A stretch of 64,000 nucleotides of DNA from Prorocentrum cordatum (GCA_963575745.1 CAUYUJ010000001.1:1426001-1490000); one strand, 5' to 3'; numbered from the stretch's first letter, positions 50,194-63,835 are shown. The notes: generated by a model not told the origin, from the sequence alone. Numbers and translations are program-made.

Positions 50194-51361
50194 ACAAGTT
50201 CTGCCGGCGGATTCTTCTTTATCGTCCTCTTCGCCCTTTGTCTCCCCTTATTGCTGCGGTTCCCCCTTGTCATCCTGGTCTCCCTCCTCCTCGGTTGTCG
50301 ATTTTGTCTCAAGCCTTGGTCGCCTTGCCCCTGCGCCACGACTCCTCGCAAATCTCATTCCGTTCCTCCTCTTTGCACCCAGCAGCCCCATGCCGCAGGC
50401 ACCACGGAGCGCCACAAAGGTTGGTTCTCGAGCAAGGTCACGATCACGCAGCGAGGCTACCCGATCTGTGGTTCCAGGGTCGGACCAAGCTAGCCGTGGA
50501 GAGAGAGGTAAAGGCGGAGGGGAGCTGACTGATGGACGCACGGGCCCTTTCGCTGATGCGACCTCACATCGAGTGGTGTGCTGGAGGCGGACGCTGTGCA
50601 GTTTTCTGGGACGATCACTGTTGAGCGCTGCAGCGCTGAAAGTGCCACGGAGACGGGGGCTTTGTATTATAATGCAACAAGAGGGGGGGTACTGTAGGGT
50701 CGCGGGGGGAGAACATGTCGGGGGAGGACGTGGTGTTCGGGCGGAGTGGCGGAGACGGAGCCTGTGCAGTAGAACGTGGTTGCCAAGTTACGGTTTGGGA
50801 AAGTGCTGTCGAGAGCAGCGGGTGATGTGTAGGCCACGGGTGCTGCGTAATGGAAACGGGGCATTGTAGCAGAGGGTGGTTTTCAAGTTATTTTTTTGTT
50901 GAGGGTGCCGTCGGCCAGAGCACGGTGTGTAGGAGCCAGGGGCTGCCTGGGACACGGTGATGTGACAGAGACTGAGGTTATGTAGTAGAAGGTGGCCGGG
51001 ACGATGGCATGCCATTGCGTTGCAACGGCTGTTCGGTGCGGCAATTGTCGAAACGCTCCGCTCTCGAGCGCTCTGCAACGGAAGCGCCAACCCGTGCGTC
51101 TTCTGGGCTCCAAGGCTCTCAGAGATCCCCGAGTGGCTTTTGCCCGAAACGCTCTACTGGCAAAGCGGCGGCTTGGCGCCTTCCAGACTCCCAAAGAATT
51201 TCCCGGACCCCCAACGTCCAGCCCCCCCCAATCCTACAGGACCTCCCTTCAATAACTCCAAGACCCCCTTCGAGCCACCCGCAATCTGAAGCAGGTGGGA
51301 CTGTTGTCCCACATCACGTTTAGCCCGAGGACTGTTTACATGTCACCCACCCGTGATCGAC

Positions 51362-51375
51362 GCCTTTGGCTCAAG
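51362..51375 (+). other. Partial relict spliced-leader-like sequence
   Basis: GCCTTTGGCTCAAG; the last 11 nt are identical to the 3' end of the dinoflagellate SL. Confidence 0.45.
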
Positions 51376-52119
51376 TGGACAACATAATTATGTTCAGGCT
51401 GCTGCTGCTGCTGCTACAGTTGGTAATGGAGTCGTGGCCACGCTGGGCGGCCATGGGGGGCGACGGGCAGCCGTGTGACGTCTCAGCTCGGTCGCTCCTC
51501 GCGAGCCCTAGGCCGGCGCACGGCTTGCGTCTGAGTGTGGCGCGAGCCATGGTCCGTGTGCGCGCGCGGGAAAAAACAGAAGCCGAAAAACAAAACGAAG
51601 AGGGCGGCGGACCCCAGGCCCACGAGATGACAGAGGCTTCGAGGGTGCAGTGCTCGGCGCGGGTGTTTCAGCCAGCGCCGGAGAAGTGCGATCGGGCTCA
51701 CCGCCTCCAGCAGCAACGGCCGGCCCCTCGATAATGATCACGCCCCAGCAATTGAGAGACCTCGTGGCGGGCATAGCTAAGGAGACTACGCAGGCAGCTC
51801 CCCGAGCTGTGACCACTGAGGCCAGATCAGCGACTGCTGGCAAGGATCAGGATAGCAAGATGACGACGAACGACTCCTGGCAGCAGGCACGCAATCGAGG
51901 AGCAGCAGCAGCCAAGGAGATCGCGGTCGCCAAGGATCGTAGCCTTGATAGGGATGATGCGTGGTGAAGCGGACGGGAACCGTCCTTCGACGCTTGGGAG
52001 AATTACGGCACGGAGTAGTCCACGCGGCAGAGCAGCCCGTGGCAACAGAGCTGGTGGGGGAACACCAGCCAGGGCGTCAAGGGCGACTATTCCGACCGAC
52101 CCCTCGGCGTGGCCAGGGT

Positions 52120-52830
52120 GGAGCCAGGGGCCTCATCATCTGGAACTTGCTTCCCGGCCACGTGGCTTTCGCCTCGTCTTCGGACGCTGGTGGCGTGGGG
52201 CCGTTTGACCACATGGTGGGCGACAGGGGTCTCCCAGAGGACCCAACCCAGGACGCGTGGCTTGCGTTGGCGACGGACAACGAGTCTCTCGGACAACAGA
52301 TCCGCGAAATATTTAATTCTCGGCTGGCGCATCTGCAAACTTAGGCCGAAGAATACTTCTAGGCCGAAGAATACTTCCACCCTGGCGGGAAAGACGCAGG
52401 CGCCGTCCACAGCCGCGGCCGAGGTGCAGTATTTACAGGTATTGTACCTGGGCGCTGCATTCCAGGACGTAGAGATCCAGGACCATCACAGGAACTCAGG
52501 GCAGTTTACCATTGTTCTGCGTCGAGACTACCGGTTTGGATCGAGGTAAGAGCAAGTCCACGTGGTGGACGCGAAGTCCATATACGATACCATGCTCAAG
52601 AACGGGCGAGCGAGTGCCCGAGACCGACGAATTGCCATAGATCTCGCGATCACTTGCGAGGCTCTGGAGTGTGAGAGGCGACGCGGGATGGATACCTCAT
52701 GGGTGCATGCACTTGGATTCTCTCACGAAGGACGACGTATCCAAGGGCACCGCCGCCTTATTGGATCTAGTGATAATCGGACGGTGGGTGTTGGTGGACG
52801 AGGTCGCCGAGGCTTGAACGCCCGAAGTAA
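52120..52830 (+). mobile_element. Decayed Ty1/Copia pol 3' end (RNase H domain)
   Basis: Across frameshifts: VAFASSSDAG, STLAGKTQAPSTAAAEVQYL (STLAAE-like), VVDAKSIYDTM...DRRIAIDLAI, WIPHGCMHLDSLTK (ADxLTK-like). Contains an 18-bp tandem duplication TAGGCCGAAGAATACTTC at about 52342-52377. Confidence 0.75.
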
Positions 52831-53771
52831 CAGCCCAGTTTCAAGAAGCGTTCCCAGGCCGCCTTCAGGAGGGAGCTTGACGACCAGGAATTCGCTCCGT
52901 TGCAGGAGTCCAAGGTCCAGGACCGGGGGTACCCATCAGTGGTGGTGGTGTCTCCTCTCCTCTACCTTCTCTCTCCTCTTGTTCTCCTCAGTTGTCCTAT
53001 CGATGATGTGTCATCCGTGCCGCATTTATTATCATACGTTCCGTATCCTCTCGGGGGCTCAGAACAGTCGTCATAACGACGTACTGTTTCGCACAACCGG
53101 CCCTCAGCAGGCCAGACGTTTAGATTTGCTAAACCTGGCAGTACGTTTTAATTCTGAAGCAACTGGGTTCATTTTCCCACACATCAGTTTTCGCCCGAGG
53201 ATGGCTTATATGTTACCCATCTGTGACAGTCACGTTTGCCTTGAGTGGAACACATCTGCTTAGGCTGCTGTTCCAAATCGCACGGAACTTCTAACAGCCC
53301 ACGAACATTTCCAGGAACCCCTCCAAAACACATTGCGGCGCTGGCGGTCGCTCAGCGCGGGGTGGCCTGAACGGGTTGCGCTTTGGACAACTTGTGCCAT
53401 GGAGGCTGGCACCAGGGCGGCCGCAAAGTGTGGGGGGCTGAAATTGAAGCAAGGCGAGGCGCTCAGGACGTTATGGAATTTGCGCCGGTGCCGCGGGTCA
53501 GGCTCCGGGAGGGAGTCGTGCCAAGGGGCGGCCCAGTGCACAGTGCGGACCTTTCAGGGCGTAGTGTGTGGGATCTGAGAGGTTCTCGAAGATACCGTGC
53601 GCGCTCGGTGGCGAAATCCGAACCCTACCTTCGCCGAATCAACGAGTCAGGCAACTCGATGGGCGGCGTGGGGTAGGGTTCGGAGCTCGTCGAAGAGTTG
53701 GCGAAATCCCAACCCCACCCCCACGTCTCATCGGTTAAGGGTCAGGATGTCGCCACCTACCCGCCTCCCAG

Positions 53772-53824
53772 GCTCCGTGGTGTTCCTGCTCGCCTCCGTG
53801 TGGCTGACCACGGGGACGGGGCCG
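53772..53824 (+). CDS. Candidate exon (SVVFLLASVWLTTGTGP...); 3' boundary uncertain
   Basis: CCTCCCAG|G acceptor; all codons end in G/C; the starting phase complements the exon ending at 43226 (G+GC = Gly). Confidence 0.5.
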
Positions 53825-56026
53825 GTGCTGAGCCTCAACGCCCGCGCCGACCCTCGCCCCTCGCCCGGAGTTTGTGGATGTCGGGCTGCGAAGCGGCGAC
53901 CGTTGCGCGAGGGGAAGAGGCAAGAGGGGCATGAGGAGAAGGAGCATGGAGGAAGAGGGAGGATAGGAGGAGGGAGGAGAGAGGAGAAGGAAGGGATAAT
54001 GATGGAGGAGGAGGAGAGAGGAGAAGGCGGAGGAGGCGGAGGAGCTGGAAGTACAGGGGAAGAGGCGCAGCAGTGGCAAAAAATCAGAGGATCGCCGAGG
54101 TGGGTACTGTGTGCACCTTGGGTCTCCGCGTCCCTCTTCATCTGCTCCCCCCCCTTACCCCCCCTCCCCCTGCCTTCTCCGAAACACGGGTCGTCGCATC
54201 GATCTAGGCCTTTGCGGATAGGCCTCCCGACGGTTGGACCAGGATGCGGGCACCGGTGGGATGGATCGGGAAAGAGATTGCTAGAGGGACAGAAGATTCC
54301 CATTCACGGGAACCCAAATATACCCATGCTCGTATACCCCTTCCCCCGTTTCTCCGCCCCCCCCCGAGGAGGAGGCGGGGGAGGAGGGAAAAGAGGGCGC
54401 GGATGTGGCGCAACATAGTGGCAGTGTGGATGAGGAAAGAGGTTGATGGGTAGGAGGGGGAGGGGGAGGATCGGGAGGGGGGGGAGGTGCACGAGCGCGG
54501 GCATCGATGTGTCTTCTGGGCAATTTGTGGCTTGTGGTTCTGACTTCTCAGTGTTGAACTTATACGCAGCACCCCACAGATGCGAATCAAGTGCAAAGGC
54601 TGGCGCGGGGTGGGTCGCGGAGTGAGTTGAGGAGTGGACCGCGGGTGGGTCGTGGAGTGGGTCGCGGGTGGGTCGCGGGGGAGGTCGAGGACGAGGATAA
54701 CGACAGCATAAACAAGAAACAAAACCAAACAAGGATAATCAGGGCCACAGAAGCCCACTTCATTCTCGCACCCAGGGATGGTGCAAAACCATTCGGCCCC
54801 CTCACTTTGATGTTTGACCGTTCTCTGGGGTGTTGAAACCAGCTGATTTGGAAGGCTCCTGGCGCGTGTAGTTTTATGTGGCCGTTCAAGGGGATCGCGC
54901 AAGCTGTTCCCGGGCGATTCGCGGGAAAACCAAATTGAGTGGACAGGCAGTTTCCGACTGCACCTTGTGGCCTCGTGCGACCCTCGCATTTGATGGCCAT
55001 GCGCAGTGAATCTAGCAGCGAAGTGCAATTAATTGCATCACGTTGGCAAGCCTGCAATTGTGCACAACCGCACGCACACGTGCGCGCCATGCGCTCGAAA
55101 CTTGGCGCCGTTCATTATTTCTGCCTCCCGCTTTCCCCGCCGGATGCCCGCGCCCACTTCCCTGCCTTCCTTTCCCCACTTCTCATAATTTCCGTCTCCA
55201 TTTTTCCACTCCCGTCCTTTTTCCCCAGGTGCCTGGCGACATCGTGGAAGTAGAAGCCGCGCTGGCGGCCATTGTGTCGTCGGGGGAGGAGGGCAAGGCG
55301 CTCGTGCAGAAGAGGACGACAGGGGAGGGCCATGCACGGTGTGCTGGTGCGGGGCGTGGCTGTATGTTGCGAGGTCGAGGATTTTCAGGACGTGTGTTGG
55401 CCCAGTGTTGGGGGAAGGAGAAGCGACGCCCACACCACCAGGGGACCACCTCCAGCGAGGAGGTCCACGATGCCTCCTCTCCGAGCTGGGGATGGGGGGT
55501 GTCTCCAGCGAGAGGGGGGACCACGGACCACCACCACCACCAGCGGAACCCCCTCCTGGCTCCTCCCGCTGGTGGTCCCCGGTGGTGTTGGTGTCGGCTT
55601 TTCGTGCTCCTGCAGCGTGTGTTCACCCAGTGTAGCTCCACCGATCGCGCGCGGCCTGTGTTGGCCCTCGCTACACCGGCCGCGTCGTAATGGAGGGCTT
55701 CGGCGGGCAAGCACACGTGCTGGCGCAAACACACATGAGGATCATCGACAGCGGATGGATCCCCTGAGAGGAGGGACATGGTGCAACTCTTAGGTTGCAG
55801 CCCAGGAGGTGCAATCCCTAAGGTGCACAGATGCGCGGCGAAATCGATGCGGTCCAACCCGTGGATTCAATATGTGCGGCGCAACACCCTGGATGGATTT
55901 GTGTTGTGTGCTTGAAGTGCGTAGGAATGTTCACAGCCCCACGCTGTGCGCTTGAAAGCCCAGAGCCCCAGGCGACGGCGACGGCGGGGACGTGCGACAG
56001 GCAGGGCGTGCAGGTAGCGTGAAGTA

Positions 56027-56390
56027 AGTGTGTGTGTGTGTGTGTGTGTCTGTGCGTGTGTGTGTGTGTGTGTGTATGCTACGCCCGGTCGCTGCGCGCG
56101 GGGCCGCGACGCCAAAACGTGTGTGTATATGTGTGTGTGTGTGCGCGCGCGTGTGTGTGTGTGTGTGTGTGTGTGTGCGGGTCTGTGTGTGTGTATGCTA
56201 CGCCTGGTCGCTGCGCACGGGGCCGCGACGCCAAAACGTGTGTGTGTGTGTATGCGCTATATGGCGGTAGGTGCTGCGGGATCCACAGCGATTCCTGAGG
56301 GCCCGGCCGCGACCCCACGCTACGTGCTCTTATTGACTCCGCCTTGTCGCCGCGCGCGAGGCCGCTTCCGCCAAAAAGTGTGTGTATGTC
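56027..56390. repeat. (TG)n-associated repeat, same family as 21480-22240
   Basis: Shared CTACGCC(C/T)GGTCGC...GGGGCCGCGACGCCA unit, present twice. Confidence 0.8.
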
Positions 56391-59251
56391 TATATGGACT
56401 GTTCCTTCGCCGCTGTCCACCTTTCCGCTACCACATTCACCCTTCCTTTGAAGTAGCCACGATCCGGCCATCAATCAAGCAGGCCATCAAGCTTGCAGAG
56501 GCCACGAGCAACGGATATGTCTGTGCTCTTGTGCGCCTTTCAGTCGTGCTTGCTGCCACAGCCTTAGGCAGCCCTGCTCGCATCTTGTTCAGAGTGTTTC
56601 TCTCTTGGTGCCGCAGCAGCACTTCTATTGCACGCGTTCGCCAGTCTGTGCTTGTGGCCCTGTGTCTTTGCTCTACGCCTCCGTCGCACGTCAGCGGGAT
56701 CATAGATCAGGCTCAGTTCTTGTATTACCGGCCAGGGTCAATCTCAATCCGATCGATGAGATTCGACATTGCTTTCGGCCCGCCCGATCTGGTTTGAGTT
56801 CGACATTCCGACGATCCAGTGCAGCCTGCTGATAGCATGGGGATGTTGTGCATCCTGGCGCGTCCGGTTCGGTTCGACTCCGACTCCGTGTCGATGCGGC
56901 CCGACTCGGCGCACGTTCGGACACGACCCGATTTATCGATTTGATGTTGACCGCTCCTGACCTGACCCGCGCCGACCCCGCCAGGGCCACCTCCCCGAGC
57001 TCGCGGGTTGAGACAGACCCTGGGGCGGGTGCTGCTACATAGGTCGGGAGAGCATCTTTACTGACCTTCCTCTCCTGAAGCGACTTACTGTTCCGTTTCT
57101 GGGCGAGGACACCCCTGCCTCCTCGAGAGTGTTCGCCTGTGTTCTCCCTCCCCTTAGCAGTCTTATTCCAGGGAGGCCATGTCCTCGACTTTCTTCGAGA
57201 AGCTCGCGACGCGTCGATTGCGTATACGGTTTTATGGCTGGAGCCCCCCGACTTGCGGATAGGCGTCAGGGCTTTTCTTGCTACAGGCTGGGCACTGCAG
57301 GTGCCCTCTAGTTGATAATAATTTTGACAGTCCGTTGAGGACACGTTGCCTGCTTTGGTCACCCACCGCGTTATCCACGCGTTTGCTGTTTGTCCGCAAG
57401 TAACAATGTGCGACAGGATGCCACTGGACCCGTCAGTGCCTTCACCACGAGGGCCGTTTTTCTTACATGTCCCAAGCACCTGGAGATGCGCTAGACTCCA
57501 GGGCAGGAGTGGTACACCCTCAGAATCCATGCATCATTTCTGGTAATGCTTCTCCTTCGCGTGTGCACCCGTGTCTGGTGGTCCTGGCTCTCTCACGCCG
57601 CGAGCGAGGCCCCGAGTAATCAGCCTCCCCCTCTTCGCTATCTCAAAGTAATTAGCCCCCCCTCTTCTTCCCGCTTCACCCTCTTCTCATTCTCGCAGTA
57701 ATCAGCCACCCCCGTTTTCTTCCATCCCCCCTGTCCTCAATCTAAAAGTCATCAGCCCCCCCCCCTCTTCTCCCCCCTTCACCCCCAGCCTTCCCCCTTC
57801 TCCCTCCTCCCGCTCCCTGCTCTCTTCTTTCTCCCGCTTGCCCCCCCGCCCCTCCCCATCCACATCCCCCCACCCCCGTCTCCAAGGCACTTGTCCATCT
57901 CCTTCCCTTGCCTTCCCGCTCCCCATAAATACTCCCTCTCCCTTCCCCTTGCTGACGTAGCTCTGGCCCCCCTGTCCCAGATCTTCCCTTTCCTTTCCCT
58001 CCCCTGGCAGCTGGAGACGCGGCGCCGCGAGAGGACAATCCCTCCCCCCCATATGGCCTGGTACCGCGTGCGTTCCGGGGAGGATCGCCAAAATTCTTGA
58101 CGACCTCATCCGCAACCTCGGCTGTGACGCGTCCGACTGGAATCGGCGACCCCCGCGAGTGACCGTCGCCTCGGGCGCCTATGTGCGCTTGCGCAATCGC
58201 ATTTGCAAGGAAGTCGGGTCAAAAGGCTGGACCCCGACTTTGGCGATCTAGGCTTCCTGAGCTGAGGCCTTTCGCGCCCAAGTCGACCCAATTCCCACGT
58301 TTATCGCGTTGTGGCTTTCGATTTTCTCGATTTTGGACTTTCGCTTGCCGTGCTCTCGTTGCCTGCCTCTCTCATGTCGCCTCTCCCCCTTGTGCTCTCC
58401 TGACAGTATGCATTTCGCCCGTGTCTCTATCCCTCTCTCTATCTCTCTTTCACTCTTCATGCGTTCACTGGTTCTTCTGGTGCCATAGCGTCACGTTAAT
58501 TTCAACGCTCGCCGCGCCGTGTTTTCCACGCCGAGCGCTCGCCCTCCTTCCCTGCCCACGTATTCTGCCAATCGCTGCCGCCCACCACTTCTGATATTTT
58601 CTCGCCAGGGTGTGGAAGCTCTGGGCACACAAAACCGCAGCGCGCGCCATGGGCAGATCGGGTGGAGCTGGCACGGGCGAGGAGCGCATCGCTGTCCACC
58701 TGCTTGGGCTGCTGCTGCCGCTCGGTACTGCAGCGTCTTCTGTCAGCCGGCTCTTTGCTTCGTCCTGTGACCCGTCTTTGTTTGCATGGTCGAAGCATAA
58801 CCCTGAGCATGGCAGCCTCGGGGAGTGACCGTCGCCGCCAGGGAGCAGGAGGAGGAGGAAGACGCCCCGCCCTCAAACCGAGGCGATGAGCAAGCAGTGC
58901 GCAGCAGCAGCAGCAGCAGCAGCAGCCCGAGCGAGACGTGTGTGCACAGACGCGGCCGCGCGAATGAATCCGCAGGAGATCCCCTAGTAACAGTGCTTGC
59001 AGTGAGCGTTGGTTGGTCAGTTCTGTTACCAGGTACCTGGCCTGCGCTACCCGGCTCAGGCGTCCCGTTCGCTGTGCTGTCTGGCGCTTCCGGACTTCCG
59101 GCTCGTGGGCGACCGCGGGCACCTCGGGCTTTGGTTCGAGTTCCAGCATGCACGCACAACTTACACCACATAGTTGTTTACCACGCAGTTCGAACCGAAT
59201 ATACCATGATCGTGCCAGATGACATAGCGTGCATCACATATATTGCAATCA

Positions 59252-61670
59252 GATTCTCCTTTCTAAAAACAGAATAGGATCTACCCCCCCGGCGTTATCG
59301 GTACCCCTTTCGGGTATGTAAATCATAAATGATTATGACCACATGTCCATCCTAAGTATGAACTCACAATGTCCCAGGCCGGCCGGTATCCCTCCCTGAG
59401 GTTCCTTTTGTGAAAAAACATTATGCGGTGACATTTTTTGCTCTAGCATAGGACTTTTTCGCGAATCCCTTGTCAACATGTGGCGAAGTGCACACGCGCG
59501 CGTCGTCGCGCGCGCATGCCGGAATCCTTCAAACACTTCGGTGCCGGAGGGATTTCGCAATCGAGTTTCCAGAAAACATACAAAAACACAGGGCTTCGCA
59601 ACACTGATTTGCTAAAAAAGCTTCCGCGCGAGCTCTTGCGAAGTCTTAAGAAAACCATAGGTTTTTCAAGATTTTCACAAGATGCTACCAAACGGGCTTC
59701 GCGCGCGCGCATGTTGAAATCTGTCGAACGCCCTTGCGCGTGTGCCGTCGCGAGAACCCTCTGCAAAAAATTAGAGGAAGTGCAGACGCGCGCGTCGTCG
59801 CGCGCGTATGCTGAAAACCTTCAAAAACCCATCGGTTCCGGAAGGATTTCAAACTCGTGTGTCCCAAAAACCTACAAAAACCCAAGGTTTCGCAACACGG
59901 ATTTTCAACAAAAGCGTGCGCGCGCGCTCTTGCGTCGTCGTTGTCGCCGTCGCCGTCCTCCCTCCTCCCGCGTCGTTGTTGTCGTCGTCGCCTACGTCGT
60001 CCTCGGTCTTTCCTCGTGTTCGTCGTCGTCGTCCTCTTTGGCGTCGTGGTCGTTTCCGTCGTTGTTGTCGCCGTGGTCGTCCTTCCTCCTTCTCCCTCGT
60101 CGTCGTCGTTGTCCGTCGTCGGCGTCTCGTCGTCGTCCCTCTTATTTCGTCGCCGTCGTCGTCGTCGTCATTGTCGTCGTCGTCTTCCGTCCTCCCTCGT
60201 CGTTGTCGTCGTCAGCGTCGCCGTCCGTCCTCCTTCTTCGTCGTTCGCGTCGTCGCCGTCCTCCCTCCTCCCTCGTCGTTGTCGTCGTTGTCGTCATTGT
60301 CGCCGTCGTCGTCCTTCCTCCTCCCTCGTCGTCGTCTTCGTTGGCGTCGTAGTCGTCGTCTTCGTCGTCGTCGGCGTCGCCGTCGTTGTCGTCGCCGAAG
60401 TCGTCGGAGACGTCGTCGGTGTCGTCGTCGTCGTCGTTGTCGTCGGGGTCGTCGCAGTCGGTCTTAAGAGGTTTTGCAAACCAAGTTGCGGGTGGGTGGG
60501 TGGGATGTTTGCGCGAGCAGTGGAAATGACGACTTCAAGTTCAGCAGAGTGGATTCTCCTTTCTAAAAGCAGAATAGGATCTGCCCCCCCCCCCCCCCCC
60601 GGCGTTATCGGTACCCCTCTCGGATCTGTAAATCATATATGACAAACATTATGCGGTGACATTTTTTGTTCTAACATAGCATTTTTTCGCGAATCGGTCG
60701 AAACATGTGGCGACGTGCACACGCGCGCGTCGTCGCGCGCGCATGCCAGAATCCTTCAAAAACCTCCGGTGCAGGAAGGATTTCGCAATCGAGTCTCCAA
60801 AAGACATACAAAAACACAGGGTTTCGCAACACTGATTTGCTAAAAAAGCTTCCGCGCGAGCTCTTGCGAAGTCTTAAGAAAACCATAGGTTTTTCAAGAT
60901 TTTCACAAAATGCTACCAAACGGGCTTCGCGCGCGCATGTTGAAATCTGTCGAACGCCCTTGCGCGTGTGCCGTCGCGAGAACCCTCTGCAAAACATGGG
61001 ACGAAGTGCAGACGCGCGCGTCGTCGCGCGCGTATGCCGAAATCCTTCAAAACCCATCGGTTTCGGAAGGGTTTCAAACTCGTGTGTCCCAAAAACCTAC
61101 AAAAACCAAAGGTTTCGCAACACCGATTTTCAACAAAAGCGTGCGCGCGCGCTCTTGCGTCGTCGTCGTCTTCCTTCCTCCCTCGTCGTTGTCGTCGTCG
61201 GCGTCGACGTCCTTCCTCCTTCTTCGTCGTTCGCGTCGTCGCCGTCCTCCCTCCTCCCTCGTCGTTGTCGTCGTTGTCGTCGTTGCCGCCGTCGCCGTCC
61301 TCCCTCCTTCCTCGTCGTCGTCGTCGTTGGCGACGTCGTTGTCGTCGTCGTCGTCGTCGTTGTCTTCGTCGTCGTCGTCGGCGTCGTCGTCGTCGGCGTC
61401 TTCGTCGTCGTTGTCATCGTCGTCGTCGGCGTCGTCGTCGTCGTCGGTGTCGTCGTCGTCGTGGTCGCTGTCGTCGTCGAAGTCGTTGGAGGCGTCGTCG
61501 GTGTCGTCGTCGGTGTCGGCGGCGCCGTCGTCGTCGTTGTCGCTGTCGTCGTCGGCGTCGGTGTCGTGGCCAAGTGCCATCTGGTACCTACCGTCACGGT
61601 CTTGTCTTAAGAGGTCTTGCGACCAAGCTGCGGGTGGGAGGGTGGGATGTTTGCACGAGCAGTTGAGAGG
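59252..61670. repeat. Tandem duplication with a 1300-bp period (units start at 59252 and 60552), each unit carrying a (GTC)n-rich tract; third partial copy from 62754
   Basis: Both units begin GATTCTCCTTTCTAAAA.CAGAATAGGATCT, share ~500 bp of interior, and end GGTCTT...CCAAG.TGCGGGTGGG.GG.TGGGATGTTTGC.CGAGCAG. Confidence 0.9.
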
Positions 61671-63280
61671 ACAGTTTCAAGACGGTCAGAAATTAATTGC
61701 ATTCCATAGATTTTGCCGAAGTGTCTGCGCCATAAAGATTGGGACGCGTAGTTTGCACGACGTAGGTTGCATCGCTTGTCCTGCGCCACATTATTGCATT
61801 AAAGAGACGGCGCCGCGTACAGTTCACTGCGAGAGAGCAAGGCCCCACTGCTTAGGATCCACATTTGCAAACATTCGAAGACAAGGCTTCTGGTGAGTTG
61901 GGCCAAGTCTAAATCAGTTAATTCGGGGGAACCGGAAACAGAAAGGCGGGGCTCTGGAGGCCCTTTTTGGGGAAATGCTGCAGGTTTCGATCCATATTTG
62001 TTTTGCGACGTGCTTAGGTAGAGCCATGTTCTTGCCTCGGCGTAGTGCTCATGTGTGTAGCGCCGTTGCTCGTCGCTGCTATGGCTCTGACTTGGGCCGC
62101 GGGCCGTATTGGCCGAAAGTACGTTTGAAGTAGTGTTCTCATCAAGTACATGCCAGTGATGCCACGATCGTGCTCGCTTGGCACTTTGCCGATCTCGAAG
62201 CATCATTGCGCTGCCCGTTGCGAAACCGTGGCGGCATATCTATACGCATATTTTCAATACGTATAGTCCCCGAGCAGTGCTTGCACTTCGGGGTTCTTAC
62301 TTCTGGAGGAAGAAACTGGGCTTTTGTGGCGGTCCCAGCGGCTGTGTTGCCGCCGTCGCCGCTCCGTCGCCGCCTCGTCGCCGCCCGTCGTCTGGGTCTG
62401 GGTGGCGGTTTGGCGGCTATGTCACCGTCGTCGCCGCCCCGTCGCCGCCGCGTCGCCGCCCGTCGTCTGGGCTTGTCCGCCGCTCTAGCGGCTATGTTGC
62501 CGCCATCGCCGCCCTGTTGCCGTCTCGTCGCCGCCCCTCGCCTGGGCCTGGGTAGCTGTCTGGCAGATGTTGCCGCCGTCGCCGCCTCGTCGCCGCCTCG
62601 TCGCCGTCCGTCGTCTCGGCCTGCATTGCTTCGAATTGCTTTGTAATGGTATGCCGTGCTTTGCGTTGCGTTGCCTCGCTTTGAATTGCTTTGCAACGCA
62701 ACGATTGAACCTATTCTATTGCGTCGCGTACATCGCACCATGCACCGCATAGGTTCTCCTTTCTAAAAAAGAGAATAGACCCCCTGGGATTATCATCGCC
62801 CCTTGTCATAAAGCAATTTACATACGATTCGGCCCCATCGTCCATCCGAAATAAGAATTCGCACCATCCCAGGGGAGCCGGCGTCGCCCCCCTTCCCGCC
62901 ACCCCGTGCCAAAACTATTATGCGCGCGCGCTCCTTGATCGCAAATCTTTACTCGTCAAGAGTGTCTTCGCACCAAATGAGAGGAAGTGCGCGCGCGTCG
63001 TCGCGCGCGCATGTTGAAATCCTTCAGCAACTTTTGGTTTCCTTAGGATTTCAAAGCTGGATGTCCAAAAATTACCCTGGCGACGTACCCAACCCCTGCG
63101 CAAAAGCGGGGCGCAAATAGTTTAGGATACTTTATAAGGGGGCGATGACGGAGCGAGGGTTATATATGTCTGCAGACGGAATTCGGGAGACTCGCAGGAC
63201 ACTGGCTACAGGAAAAGGGTTTGATAAAGCTGATGATTTACAATTCCTGAGCACTCCTAGCCACTTCGAAAACGGGATCA

Positions 63281-63835
63281 CAGCAGGCCTCGAAAGTGGC
63301 GACAGGTTCACAGATCGCAGCCCCGCAGGGACGGCGAGGTCTCATTTGAATCTGCCCGTGGCCCTCACTGTGCTGGGCCCCCCAGCAGGCCTCGAAAATG
63401 GCGGCAGTTTCGCAGATCGCAGCCCCCCAGGGATGGCGAGGTCTAATTTGAATCCGCGCGTGGCCCTCACTGTGCTGGGCCCCCCAGCAGGCCTCGAAAG
63501 TGGCGACAGTTTCACAGATCGCAGCCCCCCAGGGAGGGCGAGGTCTAATTTGGATCTGCCGCGATTACCCTCTATGCTGGACCCCCCAGCAGGCCTCGAA
63601 AGTGGCGACAGTTTCACAGATCGCAGCCCCCCCCCCCAGGGATGGCGAGGTCTAATTTGAATCTGCCGCGATTGCCCTCTATGCTGAGCCCCCCAGCAGG
63701 CCTCGAAAGTGGCGACAGTTTCACAGATCGCAGCCCCCCAGGAATGGCGAGGTCTAATTTGGATCTGCCGCGATTACCCTCTATGCTGGACCCCCCAGCA
63801 GGCCTCGAAACTGGCGACAGTTTCACAGCCCCCCG
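63281..63835. repeat. 102-bp tandem minisatellite, about 5.4 units
   Basis: CAGCAGGCCTCGAAA starts at 63281, 63383, 63485, 63587, 63694 and 63796 (one unit has 5 extra bases in a C-run). Confidence 0.95.

Noticed and set aside
56700..57530. 276-aa minus-strand ORF
   Set aside because: No recognisable motif and no codon bias; it may be a decayed element but cannot be supported.
63281..63835. CRISPR array or TPR-coding repeat (34-aa period)
   Set aside because: The whole unit repeats, so there are no unique spacers; no cas genes are present, and the translations lack TPR consensus residues.
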